In this document: piece by piece, positions 33,847-43,500 of the stretch
Layout: every line of letters starts with the position of its first letter
Position numbering within the stretch: position 1 is the first letter of the stretch
Source: Acidimicrobiaceae bacterium
GTDB lineage: Bacteria; Actinomycetota; Acidimicrobiia; Acidimicrobiales; Palsa-688
NCBI GenBank assembly: GCA_030838025.1
Contig: JAUTXM010000392.1
Location: 1 to 43,855, forward strand
DNA length: 43,855 bases
Reading direction: 5' to 3'
Program-made: the position numbers and the translations under genes
The notes under the pieces: generated by a model
What the model was told of the DNA's origin: nothing
Database searches by the model: none
The model's input: only the letters and a program-made list of their open reading frames with translations

Positions 33847-35097
33847 GTGACCGAAATCGAGGGCTTGCGCTGGATCCGGCTCGTGTTCGTCGACGTGTTC
33901 GGCGCGGCTCACGCGGTCGTGTTGCCTGCCGTCCACTTCACCGATGCCTTGGAAAAAGGCGCCCCCTTCGACGGGTCGGCCCTTGCGGGGCGGGCCCGCC
34001 ATTTCGAGGAGGACATGGTTCTTCAGCCGGACCCGGCAACCCTGGTCGACCTGGGTGAGGGCCAGGGTCGTGTGGCGTGCACGGTGATCGGGCCTGACGG
34101 CCTTCCGTGGCTGGGCGACCCCCGAACGGCGCTGGTGACGAAGCTCACCGAGCTCGGTGACGTGGCCTCTACTTATAGGGCTGCTGCCGAAGTCGAGTTC
34201 TATATCTTGCGCGACGACGGGCAGCCGGTCGACCGAGGCGGCTATTTCGGCGAGCTGGAGGGTGCCGGATCGTTGGTCACCCGGGCGGCGGCGTCGCGTC
34301 TGGCTGAGTACGGCGTGGAGGTGATCAGCACCCATCTCGAGTCGGGGCCGGGGCAGTACGAGTTGGACCTGGCGTCGCTGTCGCCGCTCGCGCTGGCCGA
34401 TGGGTTGGTGCTGACCAAGCAGGTCCTGCGCGAGGAGGCGACGCGTGCCGGGCTACGGGTGACGTTCATGGCCCGGCCGTTCGCGAACGAACCCGGTTCG
34501 GGCCTGCACCTGCACCAGCACCGGGAGGGCAACGACGTGCTGTTCGATTCGCGGGGGATGTTGACATCGGTCGGTCGAGCGTTCCTGGGCGGGCAGTTGG
34601 CCCATGCCGCCGGGCTGAGCGCCCTGGCCGCCCCCAACATCAACTCCTACAAGCGGCTGCACAGCGGGCCCGAAGCACCCAGCGACATCATCTGGGGTCA
34701 CCTCAACCGTTCGGCGGTTATCCGGGTGGGCAGTTCCGGCGAACAACGACCGGCGATCGAGTTCCGCCTGGCCGACCCGGCGGCCAACCCGTACCTGCTG
34801 GTATCGGGCCTACTGGCGGCGGCGGCCCACGGCGTCGCCGCCGACGTCGACCCCGGTGGGCCCTTCGAGGAGGACATCGGTGGTTTCGACCCCGCCACGG
34901 CCAGCGCCATGCAGGTGCGGCGCCTGCCCCGCGACCTCGATGGCGCCTTGGACGCCCTCGTGGCCGACGACGTGCTGGTCGACGCCTTCGACAGCCGCCT
35001 GCTGTCGCGCCTGGTCGACGGTCGCCGGGTCGAGGCCGACGACTTCCGGGCTCAGGTCACACCCTGGGAGGTCGAGCACTACCTGGACGAGGCCTAG
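33847..35097 (+). CDS. glutamine synthetase family protein (GlnA-like gamma-glutamyl ligase)
   Basis: AAEVEFYIL, GPGQYELDL, MARPF...GSGLHLHQ, NSYKRL, NRSAVIRV and EFRLADPAANPYLL motifs of the type I GS catalytic domain. The gene is short (416 aa). It starts 13 nt after the kinase stop. Confidence 0.85.
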   Translation: MTEIEGLRWIRLVFVDVFGAAHAVVLPAVHFTDALEKGAPFDGSALAGRARHFEEDMVLQPDPATLVDLGEGQGRVACTVIGPDGLPWLGDPRTALVTKLTELGDVASTYRAAAEVEFYILRDDGQPVDRGGYFGELEGAGSLVTRAAASRLAEYGVEVISTHLESGPGQYELDLASLSPLALADGLVLTKQVLREEATRAGLRVTFMARPFANEPGSGLHLHQHREGNDVLFDSRGMLTSVGRAFLGGQLAHAAGLSALAAPNINSYKRLHSGPEAPSDIIWGHLNRSAVIRVGSSGEQRPAIEFRLADPAANPYLLVSGLLAAAAHGVAADVDPGGPFEEDIGGFDPATASAMQVRRLPRDLDGALDALVADDVLVDAFDSRLLSRLVDGRRVEADDFRAQVTPWEVEHYLDEA

Positions 35098-35218
35098 ACC
35101 CGGTCTAAGCCCGCGGTCTGGTAGGGATCTGGGTCTCTGGTACGGGTTTGACCCCGCCAGGGGGTACCAGATCCCAACCAGAGACTTGGACCCTTACCAG
35201 AAGCGGGGCTCGGGGGGC

Positions 35219-37399
35219 CTACTGGTCGGGCGCGGCGTCGGGGCTGTCGAAACCGTGGGCGTCGGTGGGAGGCGTGGGCTCAGAAGGGGCGTTCGGGGTC
35301 GTCGGCCGGTCGAACCAATCAAATCCGGCCAGGCGTGCCGGCGCCTCCGAGTCGTCGGGGGCAACGGGGCCGGCCCCGCTATCGACGCCAGTTGGGGGTT
35401 CGAGATCGGCGGGGGCGTCCGCCCCGCCATCGAATGCTTCCGGAACTGCGGGGCTTACCGGCTCCTCGGCGTTGGCGGGGGCGGCAGGTACGACCCAAGC
35501 GCCGCTGCCGGCCGGGAGTTCGGGCCCGGCAGGAGTAGCCAAGCCGTCGACCGCATCGGGGGGTTCGGGCGCCCCCGGGGCCTCGGGGGCGGCGGGGTCG
35601 GCCCAGGTGTCGGCGGAGGCCGGGGGTTCGGGGCTGGCGGCGGCGGAGTCGGGGGCGGGGGCGGCCCAGGTGTCGGCGGTGCCCGGGCGTTGGGGGCTGG
35701 CGGGGGCGGGGGAGTCAGCCCGGGTGTCGGCGGTGGCCGGGGGTTGGGGGCGGGGGGTGTCGTTCTCGGTCCGGTCGTCGGTGGCTGTCGGCTCCGCGGG
35801 ACTGGTCCGGGCGGTCGGGATGGTCGGACTCGTCGCTCCTGGCAGGCGTGCCGCCTCCGAGGAGCGCGTGGCACCCGACGAGCGGCGCACGTTGAGTGTC
35901 TGGGGCAGCGGCAGGGCGTCCCACGCCCGTCGACGCTCGGCCGCCGGGTCCAACTCGAGGGCCGGGCGGGACTGTATTGACATGATCGCTCGTCGCCCCG
36001 GCTGATAGGCGGGCCACGCGGGAAGCGCAGCCGTACCGGGGTCACCGACTCTCGCGAAGTTCAAGATCACGTCCTGGAGTAACTCCGCGACGGTGCGATC
36101 GGCGTTGGTCGAAAGCCCGGGAAACGCCCCCTCGGTCGGTCCGGTGAAGTCCAACCAGGTAAACGGCAGGTCGGCGCCATGGCAGGGTCCGAGCTGATCG
36201 AAGGGCACCTGTCCGGGCGTGTGGTCGAAGCGCATGATCCAGCTCCGGCCCCCACCGCGGTTGTGGGCCTCGGCAGTGCGGACGGCGGGAATGCCGAACA
36301 GCAGATCGGTCAGCAGGTCGGCTCGTCCTCGGTCCTGGGGAAAACCCTTCTGATAGGTCCGGATCAGTCGTTCCCAGGCCACGTCGCCGAACCACGCCCG
36401 AGCCCGCAATTCCTTGGCCTTTATATAGCCCTCAGGTGAGATGGCGAGGTACAGGTTGGCCTCTTGCTGGCACGTGCTGATGAGCAGCGGTATCTGAGAC
36501 GAAGCCCCCGAGACCAGCCCGGCCATGGGATGGCCGGGCAGCACCGTGCCGTCGACCACCGGCAGGAAGGGTTCGCCTTCGAGCTCGGCGTCGTCGGAGT
36601 CGCGCATCAACGAGCCGGCTGCCTCCCGTATCGCGTCCACGGACAGCTCCCGGAGTTCGGACACCTCTCGGTAGTCGACGCCGAGCGAGTTGAGCATGCG
36701 CACGACCACAGCCCGGGAGCGCCAACGGCTCTGGACCCGGTCGGCGGCTCCGCTTTGCATGACGGCCCGGTGGAACAGTCCGGCCGCGGCGGGCATCGCC
36801 AGCAGCGCACCCACGCAGGTCGCACCCGAGGCCTGTCCGATGACGGTCACGCGGTTGGGGTCGCCGCCGAACGCCTCGATGTTGTCGCTTACCCATTGCA
36901 GCGCCGCGACTTGGTCGAGCATGCCGACATTGACCGAGCCCTCGAGCCCCGCCCCGCCCGTCGCCGCCAGGTCCAAGAAACCCCAAGGGCCGAGGCGGTA
37001 GTTGATCGTCACAATCACGGCGTCACCGCGGTTGGCCAGCCACGCCCCGTCGAAGTTGCTCCCGCTGCCGAAGACGAATGCCCCCCCGTGCAGCCAGACC
37101 AGGACCGGGCGGGCTTTTCCCCTGGTCCGTGGTGACCAGACGTTGAGGTAGAGGCAGTCCTCGCTCTCGGGAACGACTCCCGAACCTGATGGCAGCACCA
37201 GGCCCGGGACGTCGGTCGAGATGCTCGACGGGCCGAAGTCGGTGGCGTTGCGGGGGCCGTCCCACGGTGGCGAGGGCTGGGGCGGTTGGAAGCGGCGCGG
37301 GCCCTCGGGCGCGCTGGCATAGGGCACCCCGCGCCAGACGGTGACTTTCCCCTGGCGGGACCCCTTGACCCCGAATTTGGACTGCCGTCCCGAACCCAC
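35219..37399 (-). CDS. type-B carboxylesterase fold protein (PnbA-like) with non-canonical nucleophile elbow and ~245-aa Pro/Ala/Asp-rich C-terminal tail
   Basis: WRGVPYASAP, EDCLYLNVWSP, VLVWLHGGAF, FHRAVMQSGA and GPCHGADLPF motifs. GTG 37399 is preceded by AAGAGG with a 5-nt spacer; the listed ORF start is 37477. The elbow reads GQASG instead of GESAG. Confidence 0.8.
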   Translation of the reverse strand: MGSGRQSKFGVKGSRQGKVTVWRGVPYASAPEGPRRFQPPQPSPPWDGPRNATDFGPSSISTDVPGLVLPSGSGVVPESEDCLYLNVWSPRTRGKARPVLVWLHGGAFVFGSGSNFDGAWLANRGDAVIVTINYRLGPWGFLDLAATGGAGLEGSVNVGMLDQVAALQWVSDNIEAFGGDPNRVTVIGQASGATCVGALLAMPAAAGLFHRAVMQSGAADRVQSRWRSRAVVVRMLNSLGVDYREVSELRELSVDAIREAAGSLMRDSDDAELEGEPFLPVVDGTVLPGHPMAGLVSGASSQIPLLISTCQQEANLYLAISPEGYIKAKELRARAWFGDVAWERLIRTYQKGFPQDRGRADLLTDLLFGIPAVRTAEAHNRGGGRSWIMRFDHTPGQVPFDQLGPCHGADLPFTWLDFTGPTEGAFPGLSTNADRTVAELLQDVILNFARVGDPGTAALPAWPAYQPGRRAIMSIQSRPALELDPAAERRRAWDALPLPQTLNVRRSSGATRSSEAARLPGATSPTIPTARTSPAEPTATDDRTENDTPRPQPPATADTRADSPAPASPQRPGTADTWAAPAPDSAAASPEPPASADTWADPAAPEAPGAPEPPDAVDGLATPAGPELPAGSGAWVVPAAPANAEEPVSPAVPEAFDGGADAPADLEPPTGVDSGAGPVAPDDSEAPARLAGFDWFDRPTTPNAPSEPTPPTDAHGFDSPDAAPDQ

Positions 37400-37567
37400 C
37401 GATACCTCTTGTTCCGTCACTGGTGTTGCCGCGAAACGACCGCCAGAGCAACCTACCAGGGGAGTGCCCCTCCGCATCCCCGTACCAGGTCAGCCGCCGT
37501 TTATACGTTTGGTTCTTCTCTTTGGGGATGGTTGCGCAAGGGTTGTCCGTCAAGTACCGTCCCGCCC

Positions 37568-40500
37568 ATGTCAGGACTGCTCGGAGTTCTCGCGCTCGCG
37601 GCCACCCTTAGTCGGGACCCCGGCGTTACCACAGCTTCTACTGCTGCACCGGCGGCTGCCGGCCCAAGCGGAGGTACCGGACAGGCCACGGGTACCGGCG
37701 CGTCCACCACCGGTGGCACAGGCGCGGGCGGAGCGTCGGGACCATCCGGCAACAACTCGACCACGAGCGGGTCCGCCCACAGCGGGAGCGCGGCCGCGAC
37801 CTCGACCGCGACGGGGGGCTCGACCGGAGCAACCGGGGCTGCCACCGTGAGCCCGTCTGTCACCGCCGGTAGCGGCGGGGGCGGAGCAGGCACGGCCACG
37901 CCGGTCAGCGGTACCACGGGGACCGCATCCTCCGGAACCGTCTTCTCGGGCGGCGTCGGCGGTGGCCCAGGCGGCGGTACGGGCGCTGTGGCCGTGGTCG
38001 TCAGCAGCGGGAACTCCGGCGCTGCGGTCGCCAACGCGACCGGCGGCTCGTCGGGGCCGGCCTCGGCCGCATCCGTCGGCAATGCCACCAGCGGCGCCTC
38101 CGGCGCGTCGGTCACAACCTCCTCCGCGACCGGGGGGACGTCGGGCAGCGCCGTTTCCAGCCCCGTCTCGAGCAACACCGCCACCACCGGCGACGGCGGC
38201 CACTCCGGCCCCACCGGCAGTGCGGCCCAGACATCACTCGCAGCGACGGGCAGCACCGGTACCTCAGGGAGCGCGCCCAGCGGTGGATCCGGTCAGGCGA
38301 CCGCCGCCGGTTCGGCGGGTTCGGGCTCCTCGGGCGCGGGCGGCGACTCGGGTGCGGCCACCAACGTTTCGGAGACGACCGGCACCGCCACCTCGGGCGA
38401 AGCCGACGCCACCTCTGAGGCGACCGGCGGCAACACCGGCAGTTCGGGTGCCGCGACCAACGCCCCCGCCAACACCGCCACCAGCGGTGCGGGGGGCGAC
38501 GCAGTCGCCACGCCGACCAGCGGGAACACCGGTGACGCCACCTCAGGCACCGTGTTCTCAGGCGCCGCCACCCATGGCGGAGGCAGTGGCGCGGTCATGG
38601 TCACCGTCATCTCCGGTAACTCCGGCGCCGCCACGGGGACCGCCAACGGTGGATCTTCCGGACCGGCATCGGCCACCTCGACCGGCAATGCCACCTCCGG
38701 CGCCACCGGATCCACCACGACGACGTCGTCGGCGACCGGCGGCACCTCGGGCAGCGCGGTTGCGAGCCCCGTTTCGACCAATACTGCGGGGACCGGCGAC
38801 GGCGGCGCCTCGGGCGCCACGGGCACGGCGTCGCAGACGTCGATCGCCTCGTCGGGCGATACCGGCGGCACCGGCTCAGGTCCGACCGGCGGTTCCGGCA
38901 AGGCGCGCGGCACCGGCACGGCAACCTCGGGCGACTCAGGTGCGGGCGGATTCTCCGGCGATGCCAGCAACGGCTCGACGACCACCGGCACCGCCACGAC
39001 AGGCGACGCCACCGGCTCGTCCACTGCCAGCGGCGGCGACTCGGGCAACTCGGGTGACGCCACCAACAGGCCGGTCAACACTGCCACGTCCGGCCCCGGC
39101 GGAATCGCCACGGTCATCTCGACCAGCGGCAACACCGGCGACGCCACGTCAGGAACGGTCTTCTCAGGCGCCGTCACCGGCGGAGGCGGTAGCGGGGCGG
39201 TGTTGGTCACCGTCGTTTCGGGCGACTCGGGCGCCGCCACCGGCACCGCGACCGGCGGTACCTCCGGCGCGGCCACCGCCACGTCGACCGGCGACGCGGT
39301 CTCCGGTGCCACGGGGGATTCGACGACCACCTCGTCGGCGACCGGCGGGACGTCGGGCGGGGCAGTTGCCAGCCCTGTTTCCACCAACGCCGCGGGCACC
39401 GGCAACGGCGGCGCCTCGGGCGCCACTGGCGCGGCCTCGCAGACCTCGAACGCCACGTCTGGTTCGACCGGCGGGGCTGGTCCCTCGGGCGGCTCCGGCA
39501 AGGCCACCGCACGGGGGACCTCCATCTCCGGTGACTCTGGCACCGGTGGCGACTCAGGCGCGGCCAGCAACGGCTCGACGACGACCGGAACCGCCGTGAG
39601 CGGCGACGCCAGTGGCGCTTCGACCGCGAGCGGGGGCGATACCGGTTCCTCGGGTGCCGCGACCAACGCACCGGGCAACACCGCGACCAGCGGCACCGGT
39701 GGCGACGCCACCGTCGTCACGGTCTCCGGTAACACCGGGGACGCCACCTCGGGGGCGGCCTTCTCGGGTGCGGTCACCGGCGGCGGCGGCAGTGGCGCGG
39801 TTGCGGTCAATGTGACCTCGGGCAACTCGGGTGACGCCACCGGCACCGCCAACGGCGGTTCCACCGGCGCGGCCACCGCTTCGTCGACCGGCAACGCCAT
39901 TTCGGGCGCCACCGGCAGCTCGATCACGCATTCGTCCGCAACCGGCGGAACGTCGGGCAGTGCCACGGCCAGCCCGACCTCGTCCAATACCGCGGGCACG
40001 GGCAACGGGGGCGCCTCAGGCACGACCGGCAGCGCCTCCCAGACCTCCACGGCCACGTCGGGCAACACTGATCCTCCGGTCGGCCCGACGGGCGGCTCGG
40101 GTGGCGCCCGGGCCGATGGCACGGCACTTTCGGGCTTCTCGGGTGACGGCGGCTTCTCGGGCGCGGCGACGAATGACTCGACGACGACCGGAACCGCCAC
40201 CACGGGCGAGGCCGAAGGCACCGCCGGCGCCACTGGCGGCACCACCGGTAACTCCGGCGATGCCACCAACATCCCGATCAACTCCGCCTTCTCCGGCGAC
40301 GGCGGCACCGCCTTGGTGCTCGCCACCAGTGGAGCGACCGGGGACGCCACTTCCGGCGCCGCCTTCTCGGGTGACGTCCACGGCGGCGGCGGCAGCGGTG
40401 CCGTTGCGGTCACCGTAACCTCGGGCAACTCGGGTGCTGCGACGGGCAACGCGACCGGCGGCACTTCCGGCGCCGCCACTGCCTCGTCGACCGGTGATGC

Positions 40501-43500
40501 CATCTCGGGGGCGACCGGCGACTCGGTCACCACCGCATCGGCGACCGGCGGCACCTCGGGCAACGCGGTTGCCAGTCCTTCTTCCAGCAACACCGCCGCC
40601 ACCGGCGACGGCGGGGCGTCGGGCAACACCGGGACCGCCTCCCAGACCTCCGGTGCCACCTCGGGCGACACGGGCAGCCCCACCTCGGGCGGCCCGACGG
40701 GCGGGTCCGGCGCGGCGCGGTCCAGTGGCACCGCGATCTCCGGTGACTCAGGCATCGGCGGTGACTCAGGCTCAGCCCTCAACACATCCAGCACCACCGG
40801 CACCGCGACCAGCGGTGACGCGGAGGCAACCGCCCTTTCTTCGGGCGGCACCACCGGCAACTCGGGTGCCGCCACCAACGTTCCGATCAACACTGCCGTC
40901 AGCGGCATCGGAGGCGACGCCACCGTCGTACCGACCAGCGGCGACACCGGTGCGGCCGCCTCGGGGGCCGCCTTCTCGGGCAGCGTCACCGGGAGCGGCG
41001 GCAGCGGCGCGGTTGCGGTCACCGTCACCTCAGGCGACTCGGGTGCGGCCACCGGGACGGCGAACGGCGGTTCCAGCGGAGCGGCGACCGCCAGCTCCTC
41101 GGGCGACGCCATCTCGGGTGCGACCGGCTCCGTAACCACCACCTCCTCGGCAACCGGCGGGACTTCGGGCAGCGCCACCGCCAGTCCCATTTCGGCCAAC
41201 ACCGCCAGCACGGGTGCCGGCGGGGCGTCGGGCACCACCGGCTCGGCGTCGCAGACGTCCACGGCCACCTCGGGCAACACCGATCCCCCCATCGGCCCGA
41301 CGGGCGCATCGGGTGTTGCTCGTTCGTCGGGTTTCGCGGGTTCCGGCTTCTCGGGCGACGGCGGCTTCTCAGGTGACGCCGTCAACGTCTCGACCACCCT
41401 TGGGATCGCTCATTCCGGCGCCGCCAGCGCCGGTTCCGTCTCCACCGGAGGCACCAGCGGCAACTCGGGTGACGCCCTCAACAATCCGTCCAACACCGCG
41501 GTCTCCGGCGACGGTGGCGCCGCCACCTCGCTCGCGACGAGCGGGAGTACGGGCGACGCCACCTCAGGGGCGGCGTTCTCCGGTGATGTCTCCGGTGGCG
41601 GCGGCAGCGGCGCGGTCGACGTGACCGTGACCTCAGGCACGACGGGTGACGCCACGGGCGAAGCCACCGGTGGGACCTCCGGTGCCGCCAGCGCCAGCTC
41701 GGTCGGCGACGCCATCTCCGGCGCCACCGGAGCCGTTCTCACCACTTCGTCAGCCACCGGCGGGACGTCAGGCGACGCCGTTGCCAACCCGGCTTCGACC
41801 AACGCCGCCACGACCGGTGACGGTGGTGCATCGGGCGCAACCGGAAGTGCCTCGCAGACCTCCGACGCAACCTCGGGCGACACTGGCGACCCGGCCGGTG
41901 CCGGTGCCACGGGTGGTTCGGGCCGGGCCCGGGCCGCAGGTACCTCGATCTCGGGTGATTCCGGATTCGGCGGCGACTCCGGCTCCGCCACCAATGCCTC
42001 GGACACCACGGGCCGCGCCAGCACAGGCAACGCCGGCGCCTTGGCAGTATCTCTCGGCGGCGATTCCGGCTCGTCCGGTTCGGCCACCGACGTCCCGGTC
42101 AACTCCGCCACCAGCGGCGCCGGGGGGGCTGCGGACTCTGAGTCGGCAACGGGCGACAGCGGCGATGCCACTTCGGGCGCCGCCTTCTCGGGTGCGGTCA
42201 GCGGCAGCGGTGGCAGCGGCGCCGTCAACGTCAGCGTCAACAGCGGCGGCGGCACCGCCACTTCGGGCGCCGCCTTCTCGGGTGCGGTCAGCGGCGGCGG
42301 CGGCAGTGGCGCCGTCAATGTCGGGGTCAACAGCGGCTCCGGCCCGGCCGCCTCGGGGACGGCCTTCTCGGGTGCGGTTACCGGCGGCGGCGGCAGTGGC
42401 GCGGTTGATGTCACCGTGACCGGCGGTCCGGCCACGTCCGGTACCGCCTTCTCCGGTGCGGTCAGCGGCGGCGGCGGCAGCGGAGCGGTCGATGTCACGG
42501 TCGCCAACGGCAGCGGTGGCGGCTCAGGCTCGGCCTCCGATACCGCGAACGGCGGCTCCTCCGGGGCGGCGACCGCGTCCTCGGTCGGCGATGCCATCTC
42601 GGGTACCACCGGCGATGTCACCACGACCAGTTCGGCCACCGGCGGCACCTCAGGTGACGCCACGTCCGATCCCACCTCGTCCAACGACGCCAGCTCAGGC
42701 AATGGCGGCGACTCCGGCTCGACCGGCACTGCCTCTCAGACTTCGACCGCTACCAGTGGCACCACTGACCCGCCGGGCGGTACCACCGGCGGTTCGGGCG
42801 CCGCCTCGGCGGACGGCTTCGCCGGGTCTGGCTTCTCGGGTGACGGCGGTTTCTCCGGCGACGCCACCAACGTCTCCCGCACCCGCGGTCGGGCAAAGAC
42901 CGGCGATGCCTTCGGCGTGGCCGTCTCCACCGGCGGCGTCAGCGGTGACTCTGGACCGGCCACCAACGTCCCGATCAACATCGCTGCCAGCGGCGCCGGC
43001 GGCGCCGGCGTGAGCGGCACCGGCGGCTCGTCGGGCGCAGCCACGGCGTCCTCCATCGGCGACGCCATCAGCGGTGCCACTGGATCGTCGATGACCACCG
43101 CTTCGGCAACCGGCGGGACTTCGGGTAACGCAACCTCCAGCCCGACCTCCTCCAACGCCGCGTCCACGGGCGCCGGCGGGGACTCGGGCAACACCGGGAC
43201 CGCATCCCAGACGTCCGACGCCGCCTCTGGTGATACCGGTGGCCCGACCACGACGGGTGCTACCGGCGGGTCAGGTACCGCACGGGCCACCGGTACGGCC
43301 ATCTCGGGCGACTCAGGCATCGGGGGCGATTCCGGCGACGCCAGCAACACCTCCCTCACTCGTGGCCGGGCGGTCAGCGGCGACGCGGGCGCAGCTGCGC
43401 TGGCCTTCGGTGGCGACACCGGCGCGTCGGGTGCCGCCAGTGACACTCCGATCAACATCGCGACCAGCGGCGATGGCGGTGCGGGCGGCGGCGGCAACGG

